DNA of 50,087 bases from a virus (lineage: Duplodnaviria; Heunggongvirae; Uroviricota; Caudoviricetes). The translations under genes and the position numbers were made by a program. The notes beneath the pieces were generated by a model. That model did not search any database and was not told the origin of the DNA. It saw only the letters and a list, made by a program, of their open reading frames with translations. Every line of letters starts with the position of its first letter. The first letter of the stretch is position 1. Positions 27,857 to 37,339 of the stretch are shown piece by piece. Location: the IMG/VR virus record IMGVR_UViG_2529292836_000016; one strand, given 5' to 3'.

Positions 27857-28228
27857 ATGAAATTTGTCTCGAACTGGCAAGACCTGCCGTCGCTCCTTCT
27901 TCCGGAGTCAGTAATGAGTCTGTTGAAAACAGAGCTGGTACTCCCATTTGAAGATGAATACTCTGCAATGAGTTTCTGGGATGAAGTCGGGGTGACATTA
28001 ATATATGTCGAGCCCGATGATGTGCCTGAAGATATTAAAGCGCAGGTATTAAATGTGATTCATCAGTTAATTGCAAATCCAGAATTTGTAGTCCGTCTGA
28101 CAGATGACTATTACCTGATGCTTTCTGTTACGGAAGATAACGGGAACGGTATTTATCTGTTATTTCACCCCGATTGCCCTCTGAAGGGTATTGATTTATT
28201 AGTTTCTATGGCCGAATCACGCTATTAA
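27857..28228 (+). CDS. Hypothetical protein (gene 1 of a three-gene cassette)
   Basis: 123 aa, acidic, AT-rich codon usage; no recognisable motif. Confidence 0.55.
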   Translation: MKFVSNWQDLPSLLLPESVMSLLKTELVLPFEDEYSAMSFWDEVGVTLIYVEPDDVPEDIKAQVLNVIHQLIANPEFVVRLTDDYYLMLSVTEDNGNGIYLLFHPDCPLKGIDLLVSMAESRY

Positions 28229-28253
28229 ACACAAGCAAAACCAGGAACGCAAA

Positions 28254-28787
28254 ATGAGTAAATCAAAATTAGTTAAAAATAATGTTGAGTCAGTTTCGAA
28301 GGAGATTAAAAATGAGGCAGAGGTTATTCATGAAAATCTCAGTGCAGATGAACAAACATTATCTGATGTAAAAGACTATCAGTTGCTCATTGAAACAGGC
28401 CAGGCAGAAAAAATCAGTCCTAAGGCAAGTGGTATGCTGACATGGCAACTGGCGATATCAGAGGTGGACAATGAACTTTATCTTCGTCTGGTGGCAAATG
28501 GCTGTGGAGGGTTGTTCTCTAAGGACTGGATCTCACTTTCAAAGATTGCATCTGTTCTGGAAACACAACCTGCTACCGGCTTCTCATCCGGAGTATTCAG
28601 GCCGCTATTCAAAGGGACAAGCGCCAACAATGCAGGTTTTCTGGCTGCAGTTTTACGCTCCCCGGATATATGTCTGCTGGAGGCACATCCAGAGAAGTTA
28701 TTTACTCATGTATTATACCCGGACTGGAGGGAGCGGTTGAATAAACTTAATACGATCAGTAGCCAGGAAAAGATTACAGAGGATTAA
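28254..28787 (+). CDS. Hypothetical protein (gene 2 of a three-gene cassette)
   Basis: 177-aa ORF, short intergenic gaps to neighbours. Confidence 0.55.
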   Translation: MSKSKLVKNNVESVSKEIKNEAEVIHENLSADEQTLSDVKDYQLLIETGQAEKISPKASGMLTWQLAISEVDNELYLRLVANGCGGLFSKDWISLSKIASVLETQPATGFSSGVFRPLFKGTSANNAGFLAAVLRSPDICLLEAHPEKLFTHVLYPDWRERLNKLNTISSQEKITED

Positions 28788-28859
28788 TTTATTTCCTGCA
28801 CTGTTATACAACCAGAAATCACCACACACCACTATTTACTTTCTAAAGGAAAATTTATT

Positions 28860-29294
28860 ATGCAAACCCAATATGCCTTAAAACAGGCAGGATTAACTCT
28901 GCCTGTTACTAAAGAATTTCAGCAGCATATTACTACTCTTCTGGCAAATCAGGTTTTACAAAAAATAACTGAGGCAGTGGTTATTAATTTCCGTGATCCG
29001 GACTACAGTGCAGAATCCGGGGGCTTTCATCCCGTTGAAATACGGTTTATCCGTAAGAATAATGAATGGTATTTTGATTATGTCACAGATTTTAGTTATA
29101 TGGGGCGTGTCTACCCTGAGCTGGAAAAAGAAATTGATTTTTGCTGGTCGGGGAATTATGTCTTCCATTATCTGATTGGGGATATTTCACTGGCAGCAGA
29201 GAGGAATGAACTCTGGTCCCTGTGGGAGCGTAATTTTATGGAATATCTCTCTATGGGGATTTACCGGGTAACGGTAACTGTGGAAAGTTGTTGA
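28860..29294 (+). CDS. Hypothetical protein (gene 3 of a three-gene cassette)
   Basis: 144-aa ORF; followed about 110 nt downstream by an intrinsic terminator. Confidence 0.55.
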   Translation: MQTQYALKQAGLTLPVTKEFQQHITTLLANQVLQKITEAVVINFRDPDYSAESGGFHPVEIRFIRKNNEWYFDYVTDFSYMGRVYPELEKEIDFCWSGNYVFHYLIGDISLAAERNELWSLWERNFMEYLSMGIYRVTVTVESC

Positions 29295-29407
29295 CCCGTT
29301 ATGAACAGGAAGAAAGCGGGCGGCTTTGTAATCTACTGTATGTGGCGTGCATCACAGCATGGAGATGATGTCTCTTTTTCCTGGCTGTTCGCATAAACAA
29401 GTGCAGA

Positions 29408-29439
29408 CACGGGGGATCTCAGATCCCTCGTGATTTTTG
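29408..29439 (+). terminator. Intrinsic terminator after the three-gene cassette
   Basis: cacgggggatct...agatccctcgtg stem followed by ATTTTTG. Confidence 0.6.
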
Positions 29440-29467
29440 CCCCCTATGGTGCATTCTCCAGTAGCAG

Positions 29468-29510
29468 GGTGATAACGGTTAATCCATTACCCCAACGACA
29501 GTATTACACC
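29468..29510. repeat. Copy 1 of an about 43-bp imperfect direct repeat (core CATTACCCCAACGNCAGTNTTACACC)
   Basis: 'ggtgataacggttaatccattaccccaacgacagtattacacc'; second copy at 40255-40297. Confidence 0.6.
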
Positions 29511-29595
29511 GGTAATAAATGTTCATGAATACAGTCAGTTATGTGGGTTTTGAGGTGGACTATGTCATCGTTGACGATAACTGAAGGTTTTACAG

Positions 29596-29823
29596 ATGTA
29601 TAAAACTCGCGGTGAAAGGATCGCAGAAAGGCTGTGCTGGATATTACTACAACTGTATACCGGTAATACGGTATCGGTTAATGATATATGTCAGCGTTTC
29701 GCGGTCAGTCGCCGAACCGGACAGCGTGATTTGTTGAGAGTTGAAATTGTAACGGAAACTATTTCACCTGGAAGGGTAAGGCTGGCAAATTTGATAAGGG
29801 AACGAGTTAGACGAAATTTTTAA
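29596..29823 (+). CDS. HTH-only ORF; possibly a truncated WYL-type regulator remnant
   Basis: 75 aa 'RIAERLCWILLQLYTGNTVSVNDICQRFAVSRRTGQRDL' resembles the N-terminal HTH of the regulator at 30785-31687 but lacks a WYL domain. Confidence 0.35.
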   Translation: MYKTRGERIAERLCWILLQLYTGNTVSVNDICQRFAVSRRTGQRDLLRVEIVTETISPGRVRLANLIRERVRRNF

Positions 29824-29904
29824 TCGAATCCATATCAATTCTATAAAATATGAAACTTAACGGGAGTAAATATACACTCCCGTTATAATGCAACCTTTTT
29901 TTAA

Positions 29905-30723
29905 CTACTCAAATGATATTAATTTGGGTGCGACAGTGTTTTTATGACATGTTAAATTCGTAAGATCAATAATATCATGAAACAATTTTATGTCGTCGTC
30001 AGTGAGCTCTACGTCTGGATCAGCTAAATCGGCACAGGTAACATTTAACCAGTGTGTTAATGAATCAATCCTGTTTGAAGTAATATATTCAGTGTGACCA
30101 ATATCCCACTTCCAGTTGATCACCCGAGCAGGTCTGAATCTCACCTCCCGAACCCCAATTGGCGTTACTGACTCTACGAGAGGGTATATCGTGTTAAGTA
30201 CTTTATCATGTTCACTGTAGATATTTAAATGCCCCATTTTTGAACCGTAAACCATTTTCATTATGTTCTCTGTATAACTTGTTATTGGGGTGGCTCCGGC
30301 CATAGAGATTGTTAAGAGAATATTATCATTTTTAATATAGGGTAATGTATTGTTTATTAATCGAGTCCCTAAAGAATGACCCATTATGATCACATTACGC
30401 TTTTCTTTAACGTATATTTCGTTTATTACGTGTGCTAATTTTTCTCTGTTATTAACTGCTGCTTTCGTTGCATTATACCAGGCCTGACGCGCTTTAAATG
30501 GAATGGAGATTGATGACAATAAAGGAGATGTTCTCAGGGGGAAGAGAGTATATAACCCCCACTTGTTCGCTATGTCAGAACTTAATATGGATAGTAGATT
30601 TGCCGATTCCCATTTATAGTATCTGACATCAAGGCCACACCCTGCTTTAATTCGGTTAAACCATGATATATCATTTTCGGTCAGAAACCCTGATACAACA
30701 AGAAGAACGGGGCATTTTTTCAT
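29905..30723 (-). CDS. Alpha/beta-hydrolase-fold protein (GHSLG nucleophile elbow)
   Basis: 272 aa; 'VIIMGHSLGTRL' GxSxG motif; AT-rich; immediately downstream of and co-oriented with the WYL regulator. Confidence 0.55.
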   Translation of the reverse strand: MKKCPVLLVVSGFLTENDISWFNRIKAGCGLDVRYYKWESANLLSILSSDIANKWGLYTLFPLRTSPLLSSISIPFKARQAWYNATKAAVNNREKLAHVINEIYVKEKRNVIIMGHSLGTRLINNTLPYIKNDNILLTISMAGATPITSYTENIMKMVYGSKMGHLNIYSEHDKVLNTIYPLVESVTPIGVREVRFRPARVINWKWDIGHTEYITSNRIDSLTHWLNVTCADLADPDVELTDDDIKLFHDIIDLTNLTCHKNTVAPKLISFE

Positions 30724-30784
30724 GGTAACTCCATTTTTTAGCTTACAAAAATAGCACTCAATGAAAATTATATTATCCGTGTCA

Positions 30785-31687
30785 TTACGGGGCGTTACTT
30801 GGCTGGGTGTAACGTTTCAGTGCGGATTGTATATCTTCAGCAAATTGTTGACGGATTGAGGCCGGTTGTATTACTTCGACATCCGGTATCCAGTATTTCA
30901 TTAAAGGCATTATCTGATCTGTGTGTGTTACACGTGATATCACCAGTAAATCGCCAGACCGGGAAGTATGAATTATTTCCTGTCCTGGCAATAGATGACG
31001 GTGGGTAAACCACGGAGCAACATGTGCGGAAACTGAAATAAGAACTTCGATAAGGTCTTCGCTATACCAGATACCATCTGTCTTTTCTATTTTTTCATTA
31101 ATTTCGGGGATTATCCTGAAAGAGATATTACTCATGCAAACGTCTTTGACAGATGAGATAACAAAGCTTTTTAATGTACTGTCATGGACGGCAGCGAGAT
31201 ACCACAATCCGTTGTCATTAACCAGTCTGTATGGCTCAACAGCCCGAAACTCTTTATCTTTGTAATTAAAATTTACTTTCTTCTGTGACAGGATGGCATC
31301 GGATAATACATTCAGAATTGACATGAATGATCCGCAGTTTTCGTATGGACGTTGTTTTATCAGAAACGGGTTGTTTTTCGTGTTACCTAACAAAATACTC
31401 AGTAGTCTGTCATCCCAGCGAGGGAACAGCCCTTCAATACCCAGGATGCGCGTGAAATGACGTAAATCAGCATTGCTGCGTTGACCGAGAACACCGTCAG
31501 ACAGGCGATAGCGACCATTTTGTCGAATCAGATTAAGATAGGACAGGCGCTGAGTAAGATCACGACGGATAGTTTTTTCGCAAACGTTAAATTCCTCAGA
31601 TAACTCCCGGACGGCTAGTGACTCACCATTGTTCAGGCGAGTTAATATCAATCCGAGTCGATATCCAAGTTTATCGTGCTTACCCAT
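30785..31687 (-). CDS. WYL-domain transcriptional regulator (HTH + WYL + C-terminal extension)
   Basis: 300 aa; N-terminal HTH '[21 protein letters not shown]'; central '[30 protein letters not shown]' WYL signature. Confidence 0.7.
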   Translation of the reverse strand: MGKHDKLGYRLGLILTRLNNGESLAVRELSEEFNVCEKTIRRDLTQRLSYLNLIRQNGRYRLSDGVLGQRSNADLRHFTRILGIEGLFPRWDDRLLSILLGNTKNNPFLIKQRPYENCGSFMSILNVLSDAILSQKKVNFNYKDKEFRAVEPYRLVNDNGLWYLAAVHDSTLKSFVISSVKDVCMSNISFRIIPEINEKIEKTDGIWYSEDLIEVLISVSAHVAPWFTHRHLLPGQEIIHTSRSGDLLVISRVTHTDQIMPLMKYWIPDVEVIQPASIRQQFAEDIQSALKRYTQPSNAP

Positions 31688-31737
31688 TCGTTTATCCGGT
31701 TAATGCCAGCGAAGAGGATATTTTCAGCAAAGTAACG

Positions 31738-31846
31738 GACAGGATGAGTCCACTTTTACTGTGACGGAGAAAAAAATTAACTCATTAATTATCAATATAT
31801 TAAAACATTACTGGAATCATCGAATAACATGTGGACTCATCCTGTC
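31738..31846. promoter_or_regulatory. 16-bp perfect inverted repeat pair (GACAGGATGAGTCCAC / GTGGACTCATCCTGTC) upstream of the WYL regulator
   Basis: Arms at about 31738-31753 and 31831-31846, 77-bp spacer, within the divergent promoter region 31688-32066. Confidence 0.4.
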
Positions 31847-32066
31847 CATGTGTATTTTTACGTTCAGGGTGATAATTATTATCCTGACCTGTACATGACA
31901 TGTTTTTGCTGCATATTTGACCATGCACTTTTGCCATCAAGTCGGAGAGGCAGGGGGGAACGTAAGATCCGAAGGTTAGAGAGGTTATCAGCAATTACAA
32001 TGATGATTAATATTTTCATAATATCGGAGAACATCATATTAGTTGAAATAACATAAAGGTGGTTCT

Positions 32067-32393
32067 ATGTATTTACATATCAGAAAGTATCAACTAGTAA
32101 ATGCGAGATGGCGTGATGTCATTGATCTGACAGATTATGAAGAAACAATCAGGCAGGTTGTCGGTACATTATTTGGAAATGATTTTATTGAGGTCAGCGT
32201 TGAAACAAATTGTTTTACTCTGACAGTAAACAGTACAAGCAGTAAAATACCACACGGCATACTGGTGAATATGGGGAAAAGGCTGGCGGCTAATCTCCAG
32301 AGTATCACCTGTCATGCCATGCGGATCTATCATGTAAATGGCCATCCTGACGCGCGGCAGTTATTTCACTGTTTTGATGCCGATTGCCTGTGA
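32067..32393 (+). CDS. Hypothetical protein
   Basis: 108-aa ORF, convergent with the polymerase gene. Confidence 0.4.
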   Translation: MYLHIRKYQLVNARWRDVIDLTDYEETIRQVVGTLFGNDFIEVSVETNCFTLTVNSTSSKIPHGILVNMGKRLAANLQSITCHAMRIYHVNGHPDARQLFHCFDADCL

Positions 32394-32441
32394 TTAAGCC
32401 CCCAACTTCTGTTAAAGGAGTTGGGGGAGATTTAACGGTTA

Positions 32442-35042
32442 TCAGACTGGAAGACAGAATGTCGGATATTTACGGGCTATGATATCCATCAGTGACTTCA
32501 TTCGCGGTGTTACAGAACTAAATTTCATTTGGGGTATTTTTGCTCTTACCGCATTTTTTACATCAGTCACCGTTACTGAATAGCCTTCTGACGTCAGCCA
32601 TTCAGCAACCTCTTTACAGGAATAACTTTTTTTATCTTTCAGCATAAGCCCCCATTGGCACTGAGTCAGCGCCCGGAGAAATAGTCTGACTAAAATATCA
32701 TCACTACGTTTGCTTCCGACTTTTAGTTTCATATCAGAAAACACCGTCCGGCAATAGAGAAAATCACCCCAGTCATCCCAGTCAGCCAGGGTCTTCAGTG
32801 TATGCGTTTGCCGCCAGTCGTCGAAAAGAGAGCGTTGCTGCAGAGCCTCTTCCATATTATCCCACGGGCGGGAAAACATCAGTAAATGCCCTTCATTCAT
32901 GGCGGGCTGTACGGGCTGGCGTTTGAAATCGAATTCCAGATTAAGACGGATATCCTGTTCCCGGGATACCAGATCGCTTTCCGACAGCCACATCTCACGC
33001 GTTGATATCAACGTACTTCGGGATAACGTCTGACCGGGTAAACGATTAAGGTAAAGATCTACCATATAGTCGTTATAGTCACTGCGTGGAATATCGGCAG
33101 GAGGTTTGACGCCAGCCCTGGCATGAACAACCGGTTTTCCCTGAATAGCTCTATAGGTTAACTGCCCCCGGGTTTTCATGGCGATAAGCTGGCTGACCTC
33201 ATGCTTACATGTCAACATTGATGAACCCGGATCAACAATATCGCACAGCGACTGGAAGCGGGAAGACAGTGGACCGCTCATGTTTATCTTGTCAAGTGGG
33301 CAATTTGTCAAAAAGCCATCGGTTGTGACGCTGACAACCGATGAATCAGAAGGCAAAGCATTCATGAGTTCCCCGACAACGGCCCGGATAAATCCCGTCA
33401 CATGCGCAGCAAAGAATGGCTGAGTAACCGATGATGGTGGGAGGGATCTGTTTAATCCACGGGCTGTATCAAAGGCGGTTTTGGCGCGAAGGCCCTGAGC
33501 AAGTTTACCATAAAGCGAGTTGCCAATTTCTTTCCAGAATTTCTCCTCCAGAGAACCTTTAATATGGCGATTACGGTTCTCACGGACCTGTTGAACAAAG
33601 GGAAGAAACACCGATGTTGATTCGCTGTTATGTGGGGAGGTGTCACAGATCCAGGGGACGATGATCCCATTATGGATCGTCATCTCTGCCCCGAGCGACA
33701 GAGCAAGTTCGATTTCAGGTGCCGTTGCCCATGATTCGCCACTTAATGGAAAGAATAACCCATATTGATCGGTCCGAACCGGCAGGCTGGGATAGGGAAC
33801 TGATTCCGGGAACCGAAATGTGACAAGCGCAAATCCCATTACATGCCCACAGTAATCGTCCGGATTTTTACTGAGGCGGATGTTCCCGTAATCGGGTGTG
33901 AGGATATCTAATAGCCCGGTGGTATACGCTCCAGCCAGATCGTAGTCATACCAGTGATCAGACGGTGTAACCCCCATCATAAAACACTCATTGCGTCCGC
34001 CGTGGTAACAGTTGATCGGGAACGTTTCAAACAACTCTCTTGAAGGAACACTGGCGGGGTTTTTAATCGTCCGGAATGCCTGTTTCTCCGTGAGCCAGAG
34101 TTCACGGGTTTTAATGTGTGTCCCAAGGCAGACTTCAGGAGAAATATTGTTTTCTTTAAGTGTTTTGGTGAACCGTGAAACTGCCATCGCCCCGATGGTG
34201 GCGGGGACACGATCAATCATCAGCTCCCGGGCGCAAAAATTGCGAACCTGTAAAGCATAACGAACCGCAATCTCGGCATCCCGCAGAGCATAGGCTTCAA
34301 ACCCTGCTCTGTCGCCCAGAAGATATTCACGCATATTGGTTATGGAATAAGGTGCAGGAATGGTGAGTTTGGGAAGACCCAGTAATTCACCACATTCAGC
34401 CAGACCCATACCCCCGGGAGTGATAAGCAGTGTATCGATGAAAGCTACGTTACTGCAACGCGGAGGGGAAGTTCGTTTGTCAAACATTATCTGTTCAGTC
34501 TTTACGCGACGTTCCTGCTGTTCATCAAAATCGATACCGTAACGATTTTTGAAGCTGCTGACAGTACCGCGTATTCCTTTCAGAAGAATTTTGTAGTCTG
34601 ACCAGAAATTGGCAAAGGAGGCGATATCCGCACGAATGAAATGCGCATATATATTAATAATACCGGGCCATTTTGTAATCACACCCGTTTCAAGAAGCGG
34701 TGTAATCGTTTGACAGAGAAATTCCTTAAAAGACAGCCGGGATTTTTTCTGTGAGTCAGGTGGATAGATAATGTTCGATATACCTGTATTATCGGGTAAG
34801 ACAACATAACTCTGATATGACAGAATATCATTCTGTCGTGTTTCAGGGTTGAAAACATATTCGGTATCAAAACCGATATGGAGTGTCAGGTCACTTGAAA
34901 TAACAGATACTTTTTTTGATGCAGGTGGTATCACAGGATAATCATCAAGCGTTTTAGGTCTTTTACGATTGAGCGCAGGCTCTGAAGTCACGGACTGATA
35001 CCCCGAGGCGGCAGCGAGGATGTCCTGCAAATTATTGCTCAT
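32442..35042 (-). CDS. Family-B DNA polymerase, primer-independent (piPolB-like)
   Basis: Trimmed to 'MSNNLQDIL...' (GGAG RBS); 'IGFDTEY' ExoI D-x-E, 'KEIGNSLYGKLAQ' motif B (Kx3NSxYG), 'VTTDGF' motif C-like, 'KTRG' KxY-like. About 866 aa. Confidence 0.7.
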   Translation of the reverse strand: MSNNLQDILAAASGYQSVTSEPALNRKRPKTLDDYPVIPPASKKVSVISSDLTLHIGFDTEYVFNPETRQNDILSYQSYVVLPDNTGISNIIYPPDSQKKSRLSFKEFLCQTITPLLETGVITKWPGIINIYAHFIRADIASFANFWSDYKILLKGIRGTVSSFKNRYGIDFDEQQERRVKTEQIMFDKRTSPPRCSNVAFIDTLLITPGGMGLAECGELLGLPKLTIPAPYSITNMREYLLGDRAGFEAYALRDAEIAVRYALQVRNFCARELMIDRVPATIGAMAVSRFTKTLKENNISPEVCLGTHIKTRELWLTEKQAFRTIKNPASVPSRELFETFPINCYHGGRNECFMMGVTPSDHWYDYDLAGAYTTGLLDILTPDYGNIRLSKNPDDYCGHVMGFALVTFRFPESVPYPSLPVRTDQYGLFFPLSGESWATAPEIELALSLGAEMTIHNGIIVPWICDTSPHNSESTSVFLPFVQQVRENRNRHIKGSLEEKFWKEIGNSLYGKLAQGLRAKTAFDTARGLNRSLPPSSVTQPFFAAHVTGFIRAVVGELMNALPSDSSVVSVTTDGFLTNCPLDKINMSGPLSSRFQSLCDIVDPGSSMLTCKHEVSQLIAMKTRGQLTYRAIQGKPVVHARAGVKPPADIPRSDYNDYMVDLYLNRLPGQTLSRSTLISTREMWLSESDLVSREQDIRLNLEFDFKRQPVQPAMNEGHLLMFSRPWDNMEEALQQRSLFDDWRQTHTLKTLADWDDWGDFLYCRTVFSDMKLKVGSKRSDDILVRLFLRALTQCQWGLMLKDKKSYSCKEVAEWLTSEGYSVTVTDVKNAVRAKIPQMKFSSVTPRMKSLMDIIARKYPTFCLPV

Positions 35043-35088
35043 AGTTAACTCCGAAAAAATGCCGGGAGCTGTGTCCCGGCATAAAGAA

Positions 35089-35727
35089 TCAAGATTTAAT
35101 AACATTTACTACAGATTTGAAAATATCGGTTTTGTGTGATTCATCATCTACATGGATAAAGGAAACGAGTTTCCTGCCTACTTTAATCAGGATACCGCGT
35201 TGCGTCTTTTCCACAGACGGGGTAACGTGTGCAGATAACAGACAATGTTCATGTAAATGAAGAAACTTTTTTGAGGCGTAGCCGCCATGTAATCGGGCTT
35301 GAATGTCAAGATACATATCATCAAGAGAACCGGGTTCTCCTGATTCACTCAATACCGGATAACCCTTCTTATCAAAGAGGTTAAGGATAGATTTACTATC
35401 ATGTTCGAACAGGGTAACACCGTAAATGTATTTCATTCGAAAGGTGAGGGAATCGGTGGTGTAGACCTCCTCCTGACGATTGAAATTTTTGAGACGCCTG
35501 GCTAATTCATTAAAAACAGCACGAGCAGTAGCCGTGTCCTGCAGGGTGTAGGTATAAAGTACGAAGCCATCTGTGCCGATGAGCTTTACTAAGTTGTCCA
35601 TAATCGTGATAGCGAGAACTAATGCAAAGGACAGATATTTTTCATCGTTGTCTACAGCTGTGTTTGCTGCTTCAGGAAGAATGTTCAGTGCATTATTAGC
35701 ATTATTTGCTGTGTTCTTAGTAACCAT
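35089..35727 (-). CDS. Hypothetical protein, co-transcribed between alpA-like gene and the polymerase
   Basis: 212-aa ORF, AT-rich. Confidence 0.5.
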   Translation of the reverse strand: MVTKNTANNANNALNILPEAANTAVDNDEKYLSFALVLAITIMDNLVKLIGTDGFVLYTYTLQDTATARAVFNELARRLKNFNRQEEVYTTDSLTFRMKYIYGVTLFEHDSKSILNLFDKKGYPVLSESGEPGSLDDMYLDIQARLHGGYASKKFLHLHEHCLLSAHVTPSVEKTQRGILIKVGRKLVSFIHVDDESHKTDIFKSVVNVIKS

Positions 35728-35917
35728 TTATATCACCTTTAAGTTTGTTTTGACGATGTGCATTTTCCCACTCAACAATATCATCAAGAGAGAATCGTAT
35801 AGCCCGCCCAATTCTGATGAAGGGCGGGAGTTTTCCTGGGTTGCGCGATATATCTGACGCAACCGTGGATGCGGAAAGATTAAATCTTTCTGCAAACTGC
35901 TTAATGGTTAAATACAT
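35717..35917 (-). CDS. AlpA-family HTH regulator / excisionase-like
   Basis: 66 aa; 'LTIKQFAERFNLSASTVASDISRNPGKLPPFIRIGRAIRFSLDDIVEWE' matches the AlpA/Xis pattern. Confidence 0.65.
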   Translation of the reverse strand: MYLTIKQFAERFNLSASTVASDISRNPGKLPPFIRIGRAIRFSLDDIVEWENAHRQNKLKGDINGY

Positions 35918-36059
35918 AAACCTCCGGTTTTAGAGAAGAAGAAACCACGCGGATTTAATATCAATCCACATTCTTTGATGACTTAATGCAGGGCCCTGCA
36001 GAAGCATGCAATGACAATACCGTCCTTAAACGAGTGTTGCATCAATCACGAATCACAGA

Positions 36060-37196
36060 TCATAGGTTCATTTTTGTGTCATAACTTTCTATGACCTGAG
36101 AAACCACTGCGTGTGATGTCGCTGCATTGTGAAAAGCGTAGCGACGGGTCGCCGTGAGTGAATGGTGATTTAGCAGATGGGAAGCGATTGCAATATCCCC
36201 GGTCGCCTGTAGTACCCGGGTGGCAAAGGTACGGCGCAGGTCATGCATCCGCAGGTTATCAATGTTGGCATCCCGACAAATACGGGCAAAGGTTGCACGC
36301 GGATATGCCAGAGGGCGGGCATTGTCGGTTAGTTGTGGAAAAATGTAAGTTTTGCTGAGCATCAGGTCTTGCTGGCACTCGACAACTGCAATGGCTGGAG
36401 GTGCAAGTGGGCAGGTGAAAGGGTGTCCGGACTTTGTATCAGGCAGTATGAGTTGATGCATATCCGGGTGCCAGTACTCCCATTTCAGGGTACATACCTC
36501 ACCAATACGCATCCCCGTATAAAGAGCAAGCAATATAGAATCAGCTGCCGGTGTTTGCAGCGCTGTTGCCGCGTTAATAAAGCGCGGGATTTCTGTCGCT
36601 GACAGTGTGCGATAGCGAATGTTATTTTCTTTCAGATAGCGGACATGTGTCATCGGGGAATGCGTGATCCATCCAGCACGTACTGCCAGAGAGCATATTT
36701 TGGACAATATTGCGAGGATACGGTTTACTGTTGACGGACGTAATTTTTCCCGTAAGCCAGCAGCATATTGTTCTAGTTCTCCTGCCGTGATGTCGCGAAG
36801 TTGCCGCTTGCCCCAGAACGGGCGAACGTAGAGGTTGAGTTTTGACAACTCTGACTGAGGACTCTTTTTATACAACTGCAAATCCGGTAGCCACAGGTCA
36901 TTGATGGCCTGTTCCACAGTTAATCGACGGGACTGAACCGCAAGACGATTTTTATCAGCAAGCAGTTTCATCACATGCTGACGGGCATCCTCAACGCAGA
37001 GCTGAGGGAACTGACCCAGGGTTTCATATATACGCTGATTGTTTATAGTGGCACGAAAGGCCAGCGTGATCCGATTGGGATACACCAGAGCACGCAGGTT
37101 TTGGCAGTGAATATCACGGTATTCCTGACAACCCGTGAGGGGATGTGGAAGTTGGTGAAGTGATTTGTTGCTGAAACGCAGATCCAGAATAGGCAT
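36060..37196 (-). CDS. Tyrosine recombinase (XerC/D-like)
   Basis: 378 aa; 'LRMHDLRRTFATRVL...ASHLLNHHSLTATRRYAFH' catalytic R-H-R-Y box. Confidence 0.8.
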   Translation of the reverse strand: MPILDLRFSNKSLHQLPHPLTGCQEYRDIHCQNLRALVYPNRITLAFRATINNQRIYETLGQFPQLCVEDARQHVMKLLADKNRLAVQSRRLTVEQAINDLWLPDLQLYKKSPQSELSKLNLYVRPFWGKRQLRDITAGELEQYAAGLREKLRPSTVNRILAILSKICSLAVRAGWITHSPMTHVRYLKENNIRYRTLSATEIPRFINAATALQTPAADSILLALYTGMRIGEVCTLKWEYWHPDMHQLILPDTKSGHPFTCPLAPPAIAVVECQQDLMLSKTYIFPQLTDNARPLAYPRATFARICRDANIDNLRMHDLRRTFATRVLQATGDIAIASHLLNHHSLTATRRYAFHNAATSHAVVSQVIESYDTKMNL

Positions 37197-37339
37197 CGTA
37201 TTTCTCCTGTAAATGACACTGGAAAAATACGATGTGAGGTTATAGTCTGCCAGTTACAGCTTTCACAGTTCATCAGGTGAAAAAACGCAGATTCGGATAT
37301 AATGGCAACACAATTCCATGTCGCCATTATATTAAGAAA

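Noticed and set aside
35085-35165. Apparent 1-nt register mismatch between my hand-count of the printed sequence and the ORF-track frames
   Set aside because: Most likely my own counting error; I deferred to the ORF-track coordinates rather than calling a frameshift or pseudogene.
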